A DNA stretch of 32,000 nucleotides from Escherichia coli (GTDB lineage: Bacteria; Pseudomonadota; Gammaproteobacteria; Enterobacterales; Enterobacteriaceae): the NCBI RefSeq assembly GCF_037560265.1, contig NZ_CP148405.1; one strand, given 5' to 3'. This document shows positions 8,633 through 17,996 of the stretch, piece by piece (position 1 is the first letter of the stretch; every line of letters starts with the position of its first letter). Under the pieces are notes generated by a model. It made no database searches and was not told where the DNA came from. It was given only the letters and a program-made list of their open reading frames with translations. The translations under genes and the position numbers were made by a program.

Positions 8633-9046
8633 CTAACTATTTACATTCATTATGAACCAAATTCCGTCTTCTGTTTCTTGCTGCACGGCACCCTTTCTGA
8701 TGAAATAATTAAACAACTCTTCGCGCTTTTGACGTTCTGAATCTGAACCAATCTTAGATTTCATCGCACTGATTTTCTTAATACCCGAAAAATGGTGATA
8801 CAACTCTTCGAGCAAACGAGTCAGTGATAAAACAGGGCCGTTAAGCCCTGTTTGGTTACGTGCTTCAAAAGAGCACAAAATCAGTTCTTGTTCATCCAGT
8901 CTGTACGCTAATGAGAAAAAAGGTGTCTCAATCCGCCATCCGATAAAAAAGGCACTGCCACAAAGAAACTCCTTCTGTATTGTGTACCCTTTTTGTTCAA
9001 GATAGTGATTAAGCACTTCATCATTAAACGTATCGACCATGATCAA
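8633..9046 (-). CDS. cesD2: T3SS chaperone CesD2
   Basis: 137 aa acidic small protein immediately downstream of espB. Confidence 0.85.
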   Translation of the reverse strand: MIMVDTFNDEVLNHYLEQKGYTIQKEFLCGSAFFIGWRIETPFFSLAYRLDEQELILCSFEARNQTGLNGPVLSLTRLLEELYHHFSGIKKISAMKSKIGSDSERQKREELFNYFIRKGAVQQETEDGIWFIMNVNS

Positions 9047-10009
9047 TTACCCAGCTAAGCGAGCCGATTGCCCCAGGCGATTAATAAGGTCGGTAAGGTC
9101 ACGGGCTGTCGTTGTCATATCACGCAGACGGCTAGAGATATCATCCTGCGTTCTGCGAACATCCTGTTTGTAGTTCTCTAAATTCGACGCCTGGAGATTT
9201 TCTACAGATTTAGCACGCTGCTCACTGATATCATGATTGGACTTGACAGATTCAGATATCGTTGTTGGCAATGTTTTCGTACCTTCAGCAAGGCTGGTAA
9301 CAACAATAAATGACGTAGAACCGGAAATCCTTCCAGCAGCAGCAGTAAAGCGACTTAATAATCCTGCCTTCTCTGCTAATTCTTGAGCAGCACCAGCAGC
9401 CTCTTCAGCTACTTGAGAAGCTTTCTGAGCAGAAGCAGCCACATCATCAGTGACACCAGATGTACGACTGGCCGCTTTTGCAGCTGCCGCGATAGTTTGC
9501 TGCACTGAGGCTGCATCATCTGCTGCATCTGCAATACTTTCGGAAGCCTTCGCCAGTGCTTTAGTTGAAGCTTCAGAGGCTGTACTGATAGACTTCGCAG
9601 AAGTAGAAGCGGCTTGCTGAACGGCATCACTCGCTCCTTTCGTTGCGCTATTAATGGCAGCAAAAGAGCCTAAAATCCCCAGGACAGATGAGATAGCACC
9701 ACCAATCAGAGCAGCTGTCGCACCGGCTTTTTTCTCACTAATAGCTTTATTTTGGCTCTCAAAAACGGCTAGTTGGATGTCATAGCTTTGCGCCAATTGC
9801 TTCTGAAGATAATCTTGCAATGTGGTGACCATCTCACGCAACAGTTTTTGAATCTCCAGCAGAAGCCTAGAAATATCCACTCTGCCATCAGTAAGTAAAG
9901 ATGAACTGATTGACGAGGTTGATGTCGTTGTTGAACTGGCGCTGCCAGTCGTGCTGCTCAAAACAGAATTAACTGCGATTGCCGCATTGTTATTATCGAT
10001 AGTATTCAT
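9047..10009 (-). CDS. espB: Translocon pore protein EspB
   Basis: 320 aa; MNTIDNNNAAIAVNSVLSSTT..., Ser/Thr/Ala-rich with one hydrophobic segment (GAISSVLGILGSFAAI); LEE4 position. Confidence 0.93.
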   Translation of the reverse strand: MNTIDNNNAAIAVNSVLSSTTGSASSTTTSTSSISSSLLTDGRVDISRLLLEIQKLLREMVTTLQDYLQKQLAQSYDIQLAVFESQNKAISEKKAGATAALIGGAISSVLGILGSFAAINSATKGASDAVQQAASTSAKSISTASEASTKALAKASESIADAADDAASVQQTIAAAAKAASRTSGVTDDVAASAQKASQVAEEAAGAAQELAEKAGLLSRFTAAAGRISGSTSFIVVTSLAEGTKTLPTTISESVKSNHDISEQRAKSVENLQASNLENYKQDVRRTQDDISSRLRDMTTTARDLTDLINRLGQSARLAG

Positions 10010-10029
10010 TATAAACGCCTCTTTAACAA

Positions 10030-11172
10030 TTAAACTCGACCGCTGACAATACGGCTATTCACTCGCGCAGAATCAGAAATTAGCTTAGAAGCACTCTGTA
10101 TATAATTCGCCTGGTTTTGCACCTCGAGTGCGGCTTTATCCAGCTCTGCCTTCGCACTCTGACTTAAGCTTTCACTTTGTCGAGTTAAATTTTCCACAAC
10201 AAAAGAAGAAATCTGTGATAACAGATTATGATTCGCTGCGTCATTATTCAGCACAGTTGTACCAATAGAGCGCGAAGAAGTGGTTAAACCATTTGCCACA
10301 GCCGAAATTTTCGATGCAACGTTTTCGACAAGAGTGTCGGCCAACGTAGTGACCGCTTTTACGATGTTTGAACCCACTTTGCCAGCCACATCGCCAACTT
10401 TAGACATAAGTGAAGACACCCCGCCAATGCCGGCTGTCAGAATACCTGCGGCAAGAGATAGACCGCCAAAAGCTTGCGCTGCTGTTTTTAACGCCTGCGG
10501 AGCCTTATCGCCCATAACATCAACCGCAGTTTGCAGCGCCATTGCTGTTGCACTAACAGCAACAACAGCCCAGAGAGCTGGGTTAAAAATAGCTGCAACA
10601 GCAGTTACCGCAACCCCTAACCAACCAAAGACCTGACCAACAATTTTACTTTTTTGTGCTTTCTCTTCGGCTTTCTGTTGTTCTTCAAGCTGTTTTTTAA
10701 ATTCCAGAGTTTTATTTTCCAGCGCTTGATTTTGTCCATCCTTGTAGATCTCGTTGGAGTTCTTCATACTCGCAACTTTCTGCGCTGAGGCATCCAGGGA
10801 TAACAGAGTGGCCATCATCATCATTGTCTGAGGGTCAACCTTATTCACCTGAGAAAGATAAGGATAGCCAGAGGTTGTACTTTGTGTACTACTCTGTGGT
10901 TCTGTCCCACTAGTGCGGCTCATAACATCACCACTAATGCCGCCAAAAAGTTTGCTCAAAACATCTTCAGCAACAGAGGGCGTCACTAATGAGTGGCCTG
11001 CCGGCGGCGTTGGTAAAGCGGTACTTTCTGTCCAACTTGCTGATGGGGCAGCGGATTTAACCAGCTGTAAATCCAGCGCGGAAGACCCTCCAGGTTGATT
11101 AATACCTGAAGTAGTCGTAGCGGCACTGACCCCAGACATCACAGACTGGATATCGCTATTTACATTAAGCAT
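10030..11172 (-). CDS. espD: Translocon pore protein EspD
   Basis: 380 aa; two hydrophobic segments (VFGWLGVAVTAVAAIFNPALWAVVAVSATAMAL; AAQAFGGLSLAAGILTAGIG). Confidence 0.93.
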   Translation of the reverse strand: MLNVNSDIQSVMSGVSAATTTSGINQPGGSSALDLQLVKSAAPSASWTESTALPTPPAGHSLVTPSVAEDVLSKLFGGISGDVMSRTSGTEPQSSTQSTTSGYPYLSQVNKVDPQTMMMMATLLSLDASAQKVASMKNSNEIYKDGQNQALENKTLEFKKQLEEQQKAEEKAQKSKIVGQVFGWLGVAVTAVAAIFNPALWAVVAVSATAMALQTAVDVMGDKAPQALKTAAQAFGGLSLAAGILTAGIGGVSSLMSKVGDVAGKVGSNIVKAVTTLADTLVENVASKISAVANGLTTSSRSIGTTVLNNDAANHNLLSQISSFVVENLTRQSESLSQSAKAELDKAALEVQNQANYIQSASKLISDSARVNSRIVSGRV

Positions 11173-11184
11173 AGTTATCTCCGG

Positions 11185-11763
11185 TTATTTACCAAGGGAT
11201 ATTGATGATATAGTTCTGAATTGCAGTGACTGCATATCAGAACGTGCACTCGTTAATAGGTTTAACGTATTTGACATTTGCTGTATTTCAAGCTGGCTAT
11301 TATTCACCGTCGTTGTCAAATTATTCGCTTGAGCTGAAATAGCTGCTTTCACCGTTTGCAAATCACCAGCGCCTAATGCAGCATTTAGATCGGTAATACC
11401 ACTTATTGTAACGTCATTGCGAGGATCATTTATATAGTCAAGCACTTCTTTAGGAAGTTGAGCCTTCGCATTCTTGTCGGAGCTACTCTGAACCTCAGCA
11501 ATTTTAGCATCCACAAGATTCGCCATTTTTTGGGCAGTGGTTGACGCCTTAGATGCCTCATTCATATCAGCAAACTTTGCAATCGACAGATCGCTTTGTG
11601 CCTGATACATATAGGAAAACATGAGAAGCGCAGCCTGAAAAACACCGAGTTTATTGAATAGTTCAACAACCTGATCTTTCGACATGCTCCCTAAATCATA
11701 GGTCAGCGATGTCGAAGTACTCGCATTCGTACTAGCAACTGATGCTGTATTTAATGTATCCAT
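11185..11763 (-). CDS. espA: Translocator filament protein EspA
   Basis: 192 aa; MDTLNTASVASTNASTSTSLTYDLGSMSKDQVVELFNKLGVFQAALLMFSYMYQAQS; C-terminal coiled coil. Confidence 0.94.
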   Translation of the reverse strand: MDTLNTASVASTNASTSTSLTYDLGSMSKDQVVELFNKLGVFQAALLMFSYMYQAQSDLSIAKFADMNEASKASTTAQKMANLVDAKIAEVQSSSDKNAKAQLPKEVLDYINDPRNDVTISGITDLNAALGAGDLQTVKAAISAQANNLTTTVNNSQLEIQQMSNTLNLLTSARSDMQSLQFRTISSISLGK

Positions 11764-11821
11764 GTATATACCTCTTAATAATCTTTTTTAGCATAACAAA
11801 AACTATTAAAAAACAATTAAA

Positions 11822-12877
11822 TCACATAACATCCTCCTTATAATCAATTACTTTGCCAATCATTAATAATGTATTATCCCTCTGCTCGTTATCAATAAAA
11901 CAAGCATCGGGTAATGATGCAAAAAAGTCTTTCAATAAATGGAAATAATAAACATGTTTATCTTCGACTATCGATACCCGAGAAGGGCTTTCCAGTAGCC
12001 AGTCTTCTGTTAGCCATACATGTTCAATAATAGATAACACTTCATTTAAAATGACATCTTTATCTTTCTTAATGGAGATTGCAATAATATCTGTATAGTT
12101 ATCAAGCGATAAAAAAACGATTATCCGGCATAAATCGCTAATAATTGAAGATGTTTTTACCTTGTCTTCAAAAGAAGACATATAAGAAAGATCGAACGAT
12201 AGCGCCCTAATAATAACCTTTAAGTGCTTCTCACGCTCTGGAAGATCCTTGACCTCCATAAACCAGTCAAGTAAAGAGGCTCCGTTTTCAGAGTCCTCGT
12301 CCTTAGCCTTTTCATAAAGCTTCTTGATCTTCTGGATACCTTCCTGATTTAACTCACCCACCCCTAACCAGGAAAGCAGAGCCAACTCCCAATCATCTTC
12401 GCCTAATAATTCTAATAATAATTTGGCATATTTCTTTTTTAATTCAATCTTAACAAACTTTGATTGCAATAGAGAAGATATGAGCGCGACAATTTCCCCT
12501 TTTGGCATATTACCAAACATAGCCAAGTTAGGATCATGCTGTTCCAGCAGCCCACTGTTCTTTAATGATAGTTCTTTTAGTTTATCGCTATCGGTCAGAG
12601 TAAGCAGCTCTTGCATATCATTGAGCAGCTTCTCCGTTGTCGTACCTTCCTCTTCTTTCCTGGCGCTACCTTTGCGATACCCTAGGCTTAGCCCTTCAAT
12701 CGTTTCAGAAAGCGACGAACTGGTAATCATCGCTAATTCATTTTGTAAATTTAATAATGGAGAATTGCTATTAGAAGAGCTTTTTTGCGTTAATTGTTGA
12801 GATTCCAATTCAAAATCTAATGAATTAGAATTGAAAATAGATGCGGTGTTTTGATTAAATTCAATACCATTAGCCAT
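11822..12877 (-). CDS. sepL: T3SS gatekeeper SepL
   Basis: 351 aa; first gene of LEE4, upstream of espA. Confidence 0.92.
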   Translation of the reverse strand: MANGIEFNQNTASIFNSNSLDFELESQQLTQKSSSNSNSPLLNLQNELAMITSSSLSETIEGLSLGYRKGSARKEEEGTTTEKLLNDMQELLTLTDSDKLKELSLKNSGLLEQHDPNLAMFGNMPKGEIVALISSLLQSKFVKIELKKKYAKLLLELLGEDDWELALLSWLGVGELNQEGIQKIKKLYEKAKDEDSENGASLLDWFMEVKDLPEREKHLKVIIRALSFDLSYMSSFEDKVKTSSIISDLCRIIVFLSLDNYTDIIAISIKKDKDVILNEVLSIIEHVWLTEDWLLESPSRVSIVEDKHVYYFHLLKDFFASLPDACFIDNEQRDNTLLMIGKVIDYKEDVM

Positions 12878-13019
12878 TGGAAACTCACGTAAACATTAAT
12901 TATGAATATTCCATTAAATAGTACTGTACAACAGCTTCCTTTCTACTCTATTCTTAGTCAGTGTAAGTTCACCATATTTTTTCTCATTGTTCAACCACCA
13001 GGACGAATAAAATTTAAAA

Positions 13020-14240
13020 ATGTTATCCTCATATAAAATAAAACTTCTCAATGGTGCAATGCGTAATCGGGAATTACAACTTCCGATGGGAAACCTAACG
13101 ATAGGCACAGAAGATAACGATATTGTTTACTTTCCCCTTGAACAAGGCCTCAATCAGTTTTTACTTGATATACGTGAGGAAGGTGTTTTCCTTTTATCTC
13201 CAATTGAATTTTGGATTGATGGACAGCCCACTCCCTATGAAGCAGATCAACCATTACCTATCGGAAAGGTCATCGATATAGCGGGGTGTGGCTTCATCAT
13301 TGGTGATATTGACCACGCCCTGCCATTGTCTGATATGCCAGAAAGGTTCTCTGCCAGGAATCAACGCAAAAAGCGTCTTATCCTGGCAGGCGTGATTGGT
13401 GCCGCTATTGCGTTGTCTGGAGCCATCGGCAGTTACGTTTTGCTTTCCCCAAAAGCTGAACTCCCAACGTTTACCAGAGCTGATGTATATCAGCAGCTAA
13501 AAGAAAACAAACTTTATGCAATCACCCTGGTATGGCATGGGAAAAATATCGCGCTTTATGGGCGTTGCGAATCAACCACGGATTTAACTCCATTTTTTAA
13601 TTACCTGAAAGAAAATAATATTTTTTATTACAATAATATCATTTGCAATAACCAAATCATATCCGCAATTAATGATATTTTAACGGAATACGGTTATAAA
13701 GATATCATCATTACAAAAGGTAATAAGCCTGGATTCTTTCTGTTATCGGGATACATTCCCCCTTCACCCAAATGGAGCGAAGTTGAAAATCTGTTACTGA
13801 ATACGCCGGGAGTTGCTGGATGGGAAATACACAACAACAGTAACAATAAAATCAATGAATTGGCATCTGAGTTTAAGAAGAATAAATTAATAAACTATGT
13901 CAATATTTTCAAAAAGAATGATGTCATCATTGTTGCGGGGGAAGTTTCTCAACAGAACGAGAGTAAGATCCTTGCCATTATAAATGCAATGAACAAAAAT
14001 AGTAACGTCAAGATACTATTTCAGAATATTCAACCGTACATTTCAGCAGATATCTTTCCTGGAAAAATACTCAGAATCAGCGGCACGATGACGAATCCAA
14101 CAATTGCTCTTGATAACGGTACAAGCCTGGGAATTGGTAGCATTCTGAAAGGAGGCTATGTCATAGACGCGATTGATCCTAAAGATGGTATCAACATCTC
14201 CCGCCCAGACGAATATATACATATTCCGCTATCGTATTAA
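13020..14240 (+). CDS. escD: T3SS inner-membrane ring protein EscD
   Basis: 406 aa; N-terminal FHA-like domain, single TM (LILAGVIGAAIALSGAIGSYVLL); divergent from sepL, as in LEE. Confidence 0.92.
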   Translation: MLSSYKIKLLNGAMRNRELQLPMGNLTIGTEDNDIVYFPLEQGLNQFLLDIREEGVFLLSPIEFWIDGQPTPYEADQPLPIGKVIDIAGCGFIIGDIDHALPLSDMPERFSARNQRKKRLILAGVIGAAIALSGAIGSYVLLSPKAELPTFTRADVYQQLKENKLYAITLVWHGKNIALYGRCESTTDLTPFFNYLKENNIFYYNNIICNNQIISAINDILTEYGYKDIIITKGNKPGFFLLSGYIPPSPKWSEVENLLLNTPGVAGWEIHNNSNNKINELASEFKKNKLINYVNIFKKNDVIIVAGEVSQQNESKILAIINAMNKNSNVKILFQNIQPYISADIFPGKILRISGTMTNPTIALDNGTSLGIGSILKGGYVIDAIDPKDGINISRPDEYIHIPLSY

Positions 14241-14256
14241 CGTCTTGTCATCTTCC

Positions 14257-14276
14257 CCCTCTTCGGAGGGTTTTTT
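14257..14276 (+). terminator. Rho-independent terminator of escD
   Basis: CCCTC-TTCG-GAGGG stem with UUCG tetraloop, then TTTTTT, 16 bp after the escD stop. Confidence 0.85.
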
Positions 14277-14527
14277 ATTTATTGTATGGATGTTGTGAGC
14301 ATAGTTGTTGCTTGATGTGATTCAGCTTTGGTATTAGCGAGGTTGGCTCGTTGAAAGTAGTCGAGTCGCTACATGAGGAAACGTGAATATGTTTCTTTGA
14401 GATTAACTTATTAACCAACAGGAGATGTTGATTCTAGGACGTTACTTATTAAGAAGAAGATAATAAAGAAACAACAATAATTCCCCAGCTAAAATAATAT
14501 ATTTTTAGCCGGGGAAAGGATTTTAAA

Positions 14528-17335
14528 TTATTCTACACAAACTGCATAGACATTTGGAGCGTTTAGCGTAACATCCTTATGAGGGTTTTGTGTTATTAAG
14601 TCATAAGTAGTTGATACTCCTGATATTTTATCAGCTTCAGTTTGTGTAATCCAAGCTGTTATTGACTGCATAGAACGATAATGGTCATATCCGTTTGCAG
14701 GCCCCCATGAATTATAAACGTTTGATAATACCGTCTGTGAGGATGGTAATAAATTTCCACAAAAGGACATAGCATTTGCATAACTGGCTTTATTACCCAC
14801 TCTTATCATATAATTCGGAGCTTTAATAGTGTAGCTTACTGTTTGCTTATCACCAGATGTAACATTAATTACTGCAGTACCTTTTCCTTTCAAGGTTACT
14901 TTCCCTGATTCATCAACAGTCGCAATATTGGTATTCTCTGAATGCCATGAATATGTACCATTACCACCGCTTACCTTCAGTTTAAACTGACCATATTGCA
15001 ACCAGATATTAGGTAAGTCACCAGTAACGTTCTTACCAAGAATATCAACCTTGTTGTCAATTTTCAGTCCATCAAAAAATGTAACCTCAGGTGCTTTAAC
15101 ATCATTCCCACCACTAACAGTCGCACTAACAGTCGCTTTACCTGCGGAACTGGAAGTCAGTGTTATCGTCGCACGACCATCACTTCCCGTGGTCGCATTT
15201 TGCGTCTGAGACTTACCGTTGAACATCCCAAAGTTTGTTGTGAATGCAACGGAGTGTCCCTGCACTGGCTGACCCTCTTTCATCACTTTAACAGTGTATG
15301 TAACAGCATCATTACCATTTGCTACTGCAGTTGTCTTATCAGCCTTAATCTCAGTAATACTGGCCTTGGTTTGCTCAACAAATATAACCGCACTGGCATT
15401 AAGTGCTGAAGTCATCTCCGCGGTTTTAGCAGACACGACTACCTGCCCTGGCGTACTCGACTTCAACGTTACAGTTGCCTTACCGTTAGCATCCGTTGTG
15501 GCACTATTTGCCCCAAGAGTTGCAGTTCCTGAAACAATATTAAATGAAACAGGGACATTAGCCTGAGTTACCCCATTCTTTTTCACCGTCGCGGTATAAG
15601 TAATCGCCTCGGTGCCATCCGCTTTAGCCGAAGTCTTATCAGCCGTAAAGTCCGTTACCCCAACCTGGTCGACCACCTGACCATTCGACAGAACGGTAAT
15701 AGTGAGCTGTACATTGTTAGAGCTATTGCCATTACGGTCATAGGCACGAGCCGTCACTTTATAAATATTGCTACCGCCTTGCACATAAGCCGGCAAAATA
15801 GCCTGGTAATCTTGTGCGCTTTGGCTTCCGCTATGCTGAATCTGACCGCCCTGGCTACGTAATGCACTATCATCCCAGACGATACGATCCAGACCGTATT
15901 TGCTCTTAACGATCAATTGAATCTTCTGCGTACTGTGTTCAGTACCATTAATATCATGCGGAATATTCAGAGAAAGAATATCCTGCTTCTTGTACTCCAG
16001 AATAATATTGTTATTACGCTGAACCAGATCGTAACGGCTGCCTGATAATGTTCTTAACTCGTTAACATACTGTGGCTCAATTTGCTGAGACCACGGTTTA
16101 TCAAACTGATAACGAAGCTGCATTGAGTAAAGAAGATCATTTTCATTACCCGTACCATGACGGTAATCGATCCCCATCGTCACCAGAGGAATCGGAGTAT
16201 AGTTTACACCAACGGTCGCCGCACCAGGATTCGACTGCAGCTTATCGGAATTAAACAAAGCAACATTATCACCATAATACTGCTCATACATCAGCTTGGC
16301 GCCTAATGCCGGGTATGATGGTAGATAGCCATTAAAGCGGATATCGAAGCCATTTGCTGGGCGCTCATCATAGTCTTTCTTATTGTATGACTCATGCCAG
16401 CCGCTCATGCGGAAATAGCCGTTAACGCTACTTTTGAAATAGTCTCGCCAGTATTCGCCACCAATACCTAAACGGGTATTATCACCAGAAAAATCCTGAT
16501 CAATGAAGACGTTATAGCCCAACATGTTTTCAGGAAGGAAAAAACGCTGACCCGCACCTAAATTTGCCGTAAAGCGGGAGTCAATGTAACGCGCTCCGAC
16601 CTGACCAAATGCCAGCATTTTTTCGGAATCATAGAACGGTAATAAGAAATCCAGTGAACTACCGTCAAAGTTATTACCACTCTGCAGATTAACCTCTGCC
16701 GTTCCATAATGTTGTAACCAGGCCTGCAACTGTGACGAAGCCTGGTTACCCGCGATACCAAGAGCGGTATCTTTCGCGTAATCGCCGTGCAGAGAGCGCG
16801 ACTGAAGCTGGCTACCAAGGCTCGCGGCCTGTTGTGCCGTATAATTTAGAGCCTTGTCATCAGTCATGTTGCTTTGAGTCGCGTCCGGGGACATTTTAGT
16901 CATTTTATTTGTATGCCCAGCGACACCACCTGCAGCAACAACAGGTGCCGAACCTAAGACAGGTAAGGCACCATATTCAACAGACAGTTTTTTGAGTGGC
17001 AAAATGATCTGCTGGCCAGGCGCAGCCTTCAGCATTTCGCTTTCGGAACTGTATAAATGTTTATTCAGTGACCAAATTACGGATAAACTGATACCTTGTG
17101 ATTTAGAAATACTGGAAACAGTTTCACCTGTTTTCAACGTATAAAAAAGGCGATCCTGAGCAACATTTTGAGTTAACAGTTTTGAATCTGAACTCAATTT
17201 AAAATAATTTTCACCGTTTGCAAATGAGTTCTGGTTAACATAAAAAAACAATCCTAAACCAGCGCTAAGCATAATAAATGTTTTTTTTAGCTTATGCTTG
17301 TGCCGGGTCCGGGCATAAAAACCATGAGTAATCAT
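14528..17335 (-). CDS. eae: Intimin, outer-membrane adhesin (935 aa from MITHGFYARTRHKHK; the called ORF adds 5 codons upstream)
   Basis: Signal peptide, LysM region (YTLKTGETVSSISKSQGISLSVIWSLNKHLY), inverse autotransporter barrel, Big domains, C-type-lectin-like end NVYAVCVE. Confidence 0.97.
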   Translation of the reverse strand: MITHGFYARTRHKHKLKKTFIMLSAGLGLFFYVNQNSFANGENYFKLSSDSKLLTQNVAQDRLFYTLKTGETVSSISKSQGISLSVIWSLNKHLYSSESEMLKAAPGQQIILPLKKLSVEYGALPVLGSAPVVAAGGVAGHTNKMTKMSPDATQSNMTDDKALNYTAQQAASLGSQLQSRSLHGDYAKDTALGIAGNQASSQLQAWLQHYGTAEVNLQSGNNFDGSSLDFLLPFYDSEKMLAFGQVGARYIDSRFTANLGAGQRFFLPENMLGYNVFIDQDFSGDNTRLGIGGEYWRDYFKSSVNGYFRMSGWHESYNKKDYDERPANGFDIRFNGYLPSYPALGAKLMYEQYYGDNVALFNSDKLQSNPGAATVGVNYTPIPLVTMGIDYRHGTGNENDLLYSMQLRYQFDKPWSQQIEPQYVNELRTLSGSRYDLVQRNNNIILEYKKQDILSLNIPHDINGTEHSTQKIQLIVKSKYGLDRIVWDDSALRSQGGQIQHSGSQSAQDYQAILPAYVQGGSNIYKVTARAYDRNGNSSNNVQLTITVLSNGQVVDQVGVTDFTADKTSAKADGTEAITYTATVKKNGVTQANVPVSFNIVSGTATLGANSATTDANGKATVTLKSSTPGQVVVSAKTAEMTSALNASAVIFVEQTKASITEIKADKTTAVANGNDAVTYTVKVMKEGQPVQGHSVAFTTNFGMFNGKSQTQNATTGSDGRATITLTSSSAGKATVSATVSGGNDVKAPEVTFFDGLKIDNKVDILGKNVTGDLPNIWLQYGQFKLKVSGGNGTYSWHSENTNIATVDESGKVTLKGKGTAVINVTSGDKQTVSYTIKAPNYMIRVGNKASYANAMSFCGNLLPSSQTVLSNVYNSWGPANGYDHYRSMQSITAWITQTEADKISGVSTTYDLITQNPHKDVTLNAPNVYAVCVE

Positions 17336-17392
17336 GTTTGGGGTCCCCACAATGAGTTAGAATGAGTAGTAAATTAGATTAATAAATAGATT

Positions 17393-17863
17393 TTATCTTC
17401 CGGCATAATAATGTTTATTATCGCTTGAGCTAATTTCCTCTATCTTCATATGTTCGTTTTCTAATGTTATTCCCTGATTATGTAATACCAAATACAGGTT
17501 TTCCATTGACTTAACAACGACTTCTATTTCATTCTCAAGTTTTTCAGGGGTAGCATCATCGAGCGGGAAACGTAACGCTAACAACAACGATTGTGCTCCT
17601 GACTCGTAACACAGGTATGGCCCACCATTCTCTGCAAACCATAAGTTTGCATTCAAAATCTCAAGAGCGAAGTTAGGGTTATCTGTCGGGAATTTCCCAC
17701 AGACGCCATAAATCATCATATATTCGTCACTGGCATCAGATAACGAAATATAATAAATTTCATCAATAGCAAAAGAACATAATCTGTTTTCATTAAAGGA
17801 AATAGATCCAACACCAATTTTTTCTGCAAACCTATCTAATAAAAGTTCAGATCTTGATGACAT
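17393..17863 (-). CDS. cesT: Multicargo T3SS chaperone CesT
   Basis: 156 aa; [43 protein letters not shown]; between tir and eae. Confidence 0.95.
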   Translation of the reverse strand: MSSRSELLLDRFAEKIGVGSISFNENRLCSFAIDEIYYISLSDASDEYMMIYGVCGKFPTDNPNFALEILNANLWFAENGGPYLCYESGAQSLLLALRFPLDDATPEKLENEIEVVVKSMENLYLVLHNQGITLENEHMKIEEISSSDNKHYYAGR

Positions 17864-17996
17864 TATAATTTCTCTTAATTGAATTTATAATTACAGAAGT
17901 TCAAGAGTTACCCATGCTGCAACGTTGTTCTCTGAAACATTAACGTTAGTAAAACGTCCCCCCCCCCCAACCTTAACTAAATACTCACAGATATAT

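Noticed and set aside
12914-13108. 64-aa minus ORF between sepL and escD
   Set aside because: Overlaps the escD start in antisense and covers the LEE4 promoter interval; no protein family seen.
14528-17350. ORFs overlapping eae (15200-15409, 15294-15566, 16072-16254, 16558-16818)
   Set aside because: Antisense or out-of-frame to a strongly conserved gene, low-complexity translations, no independent evidence.
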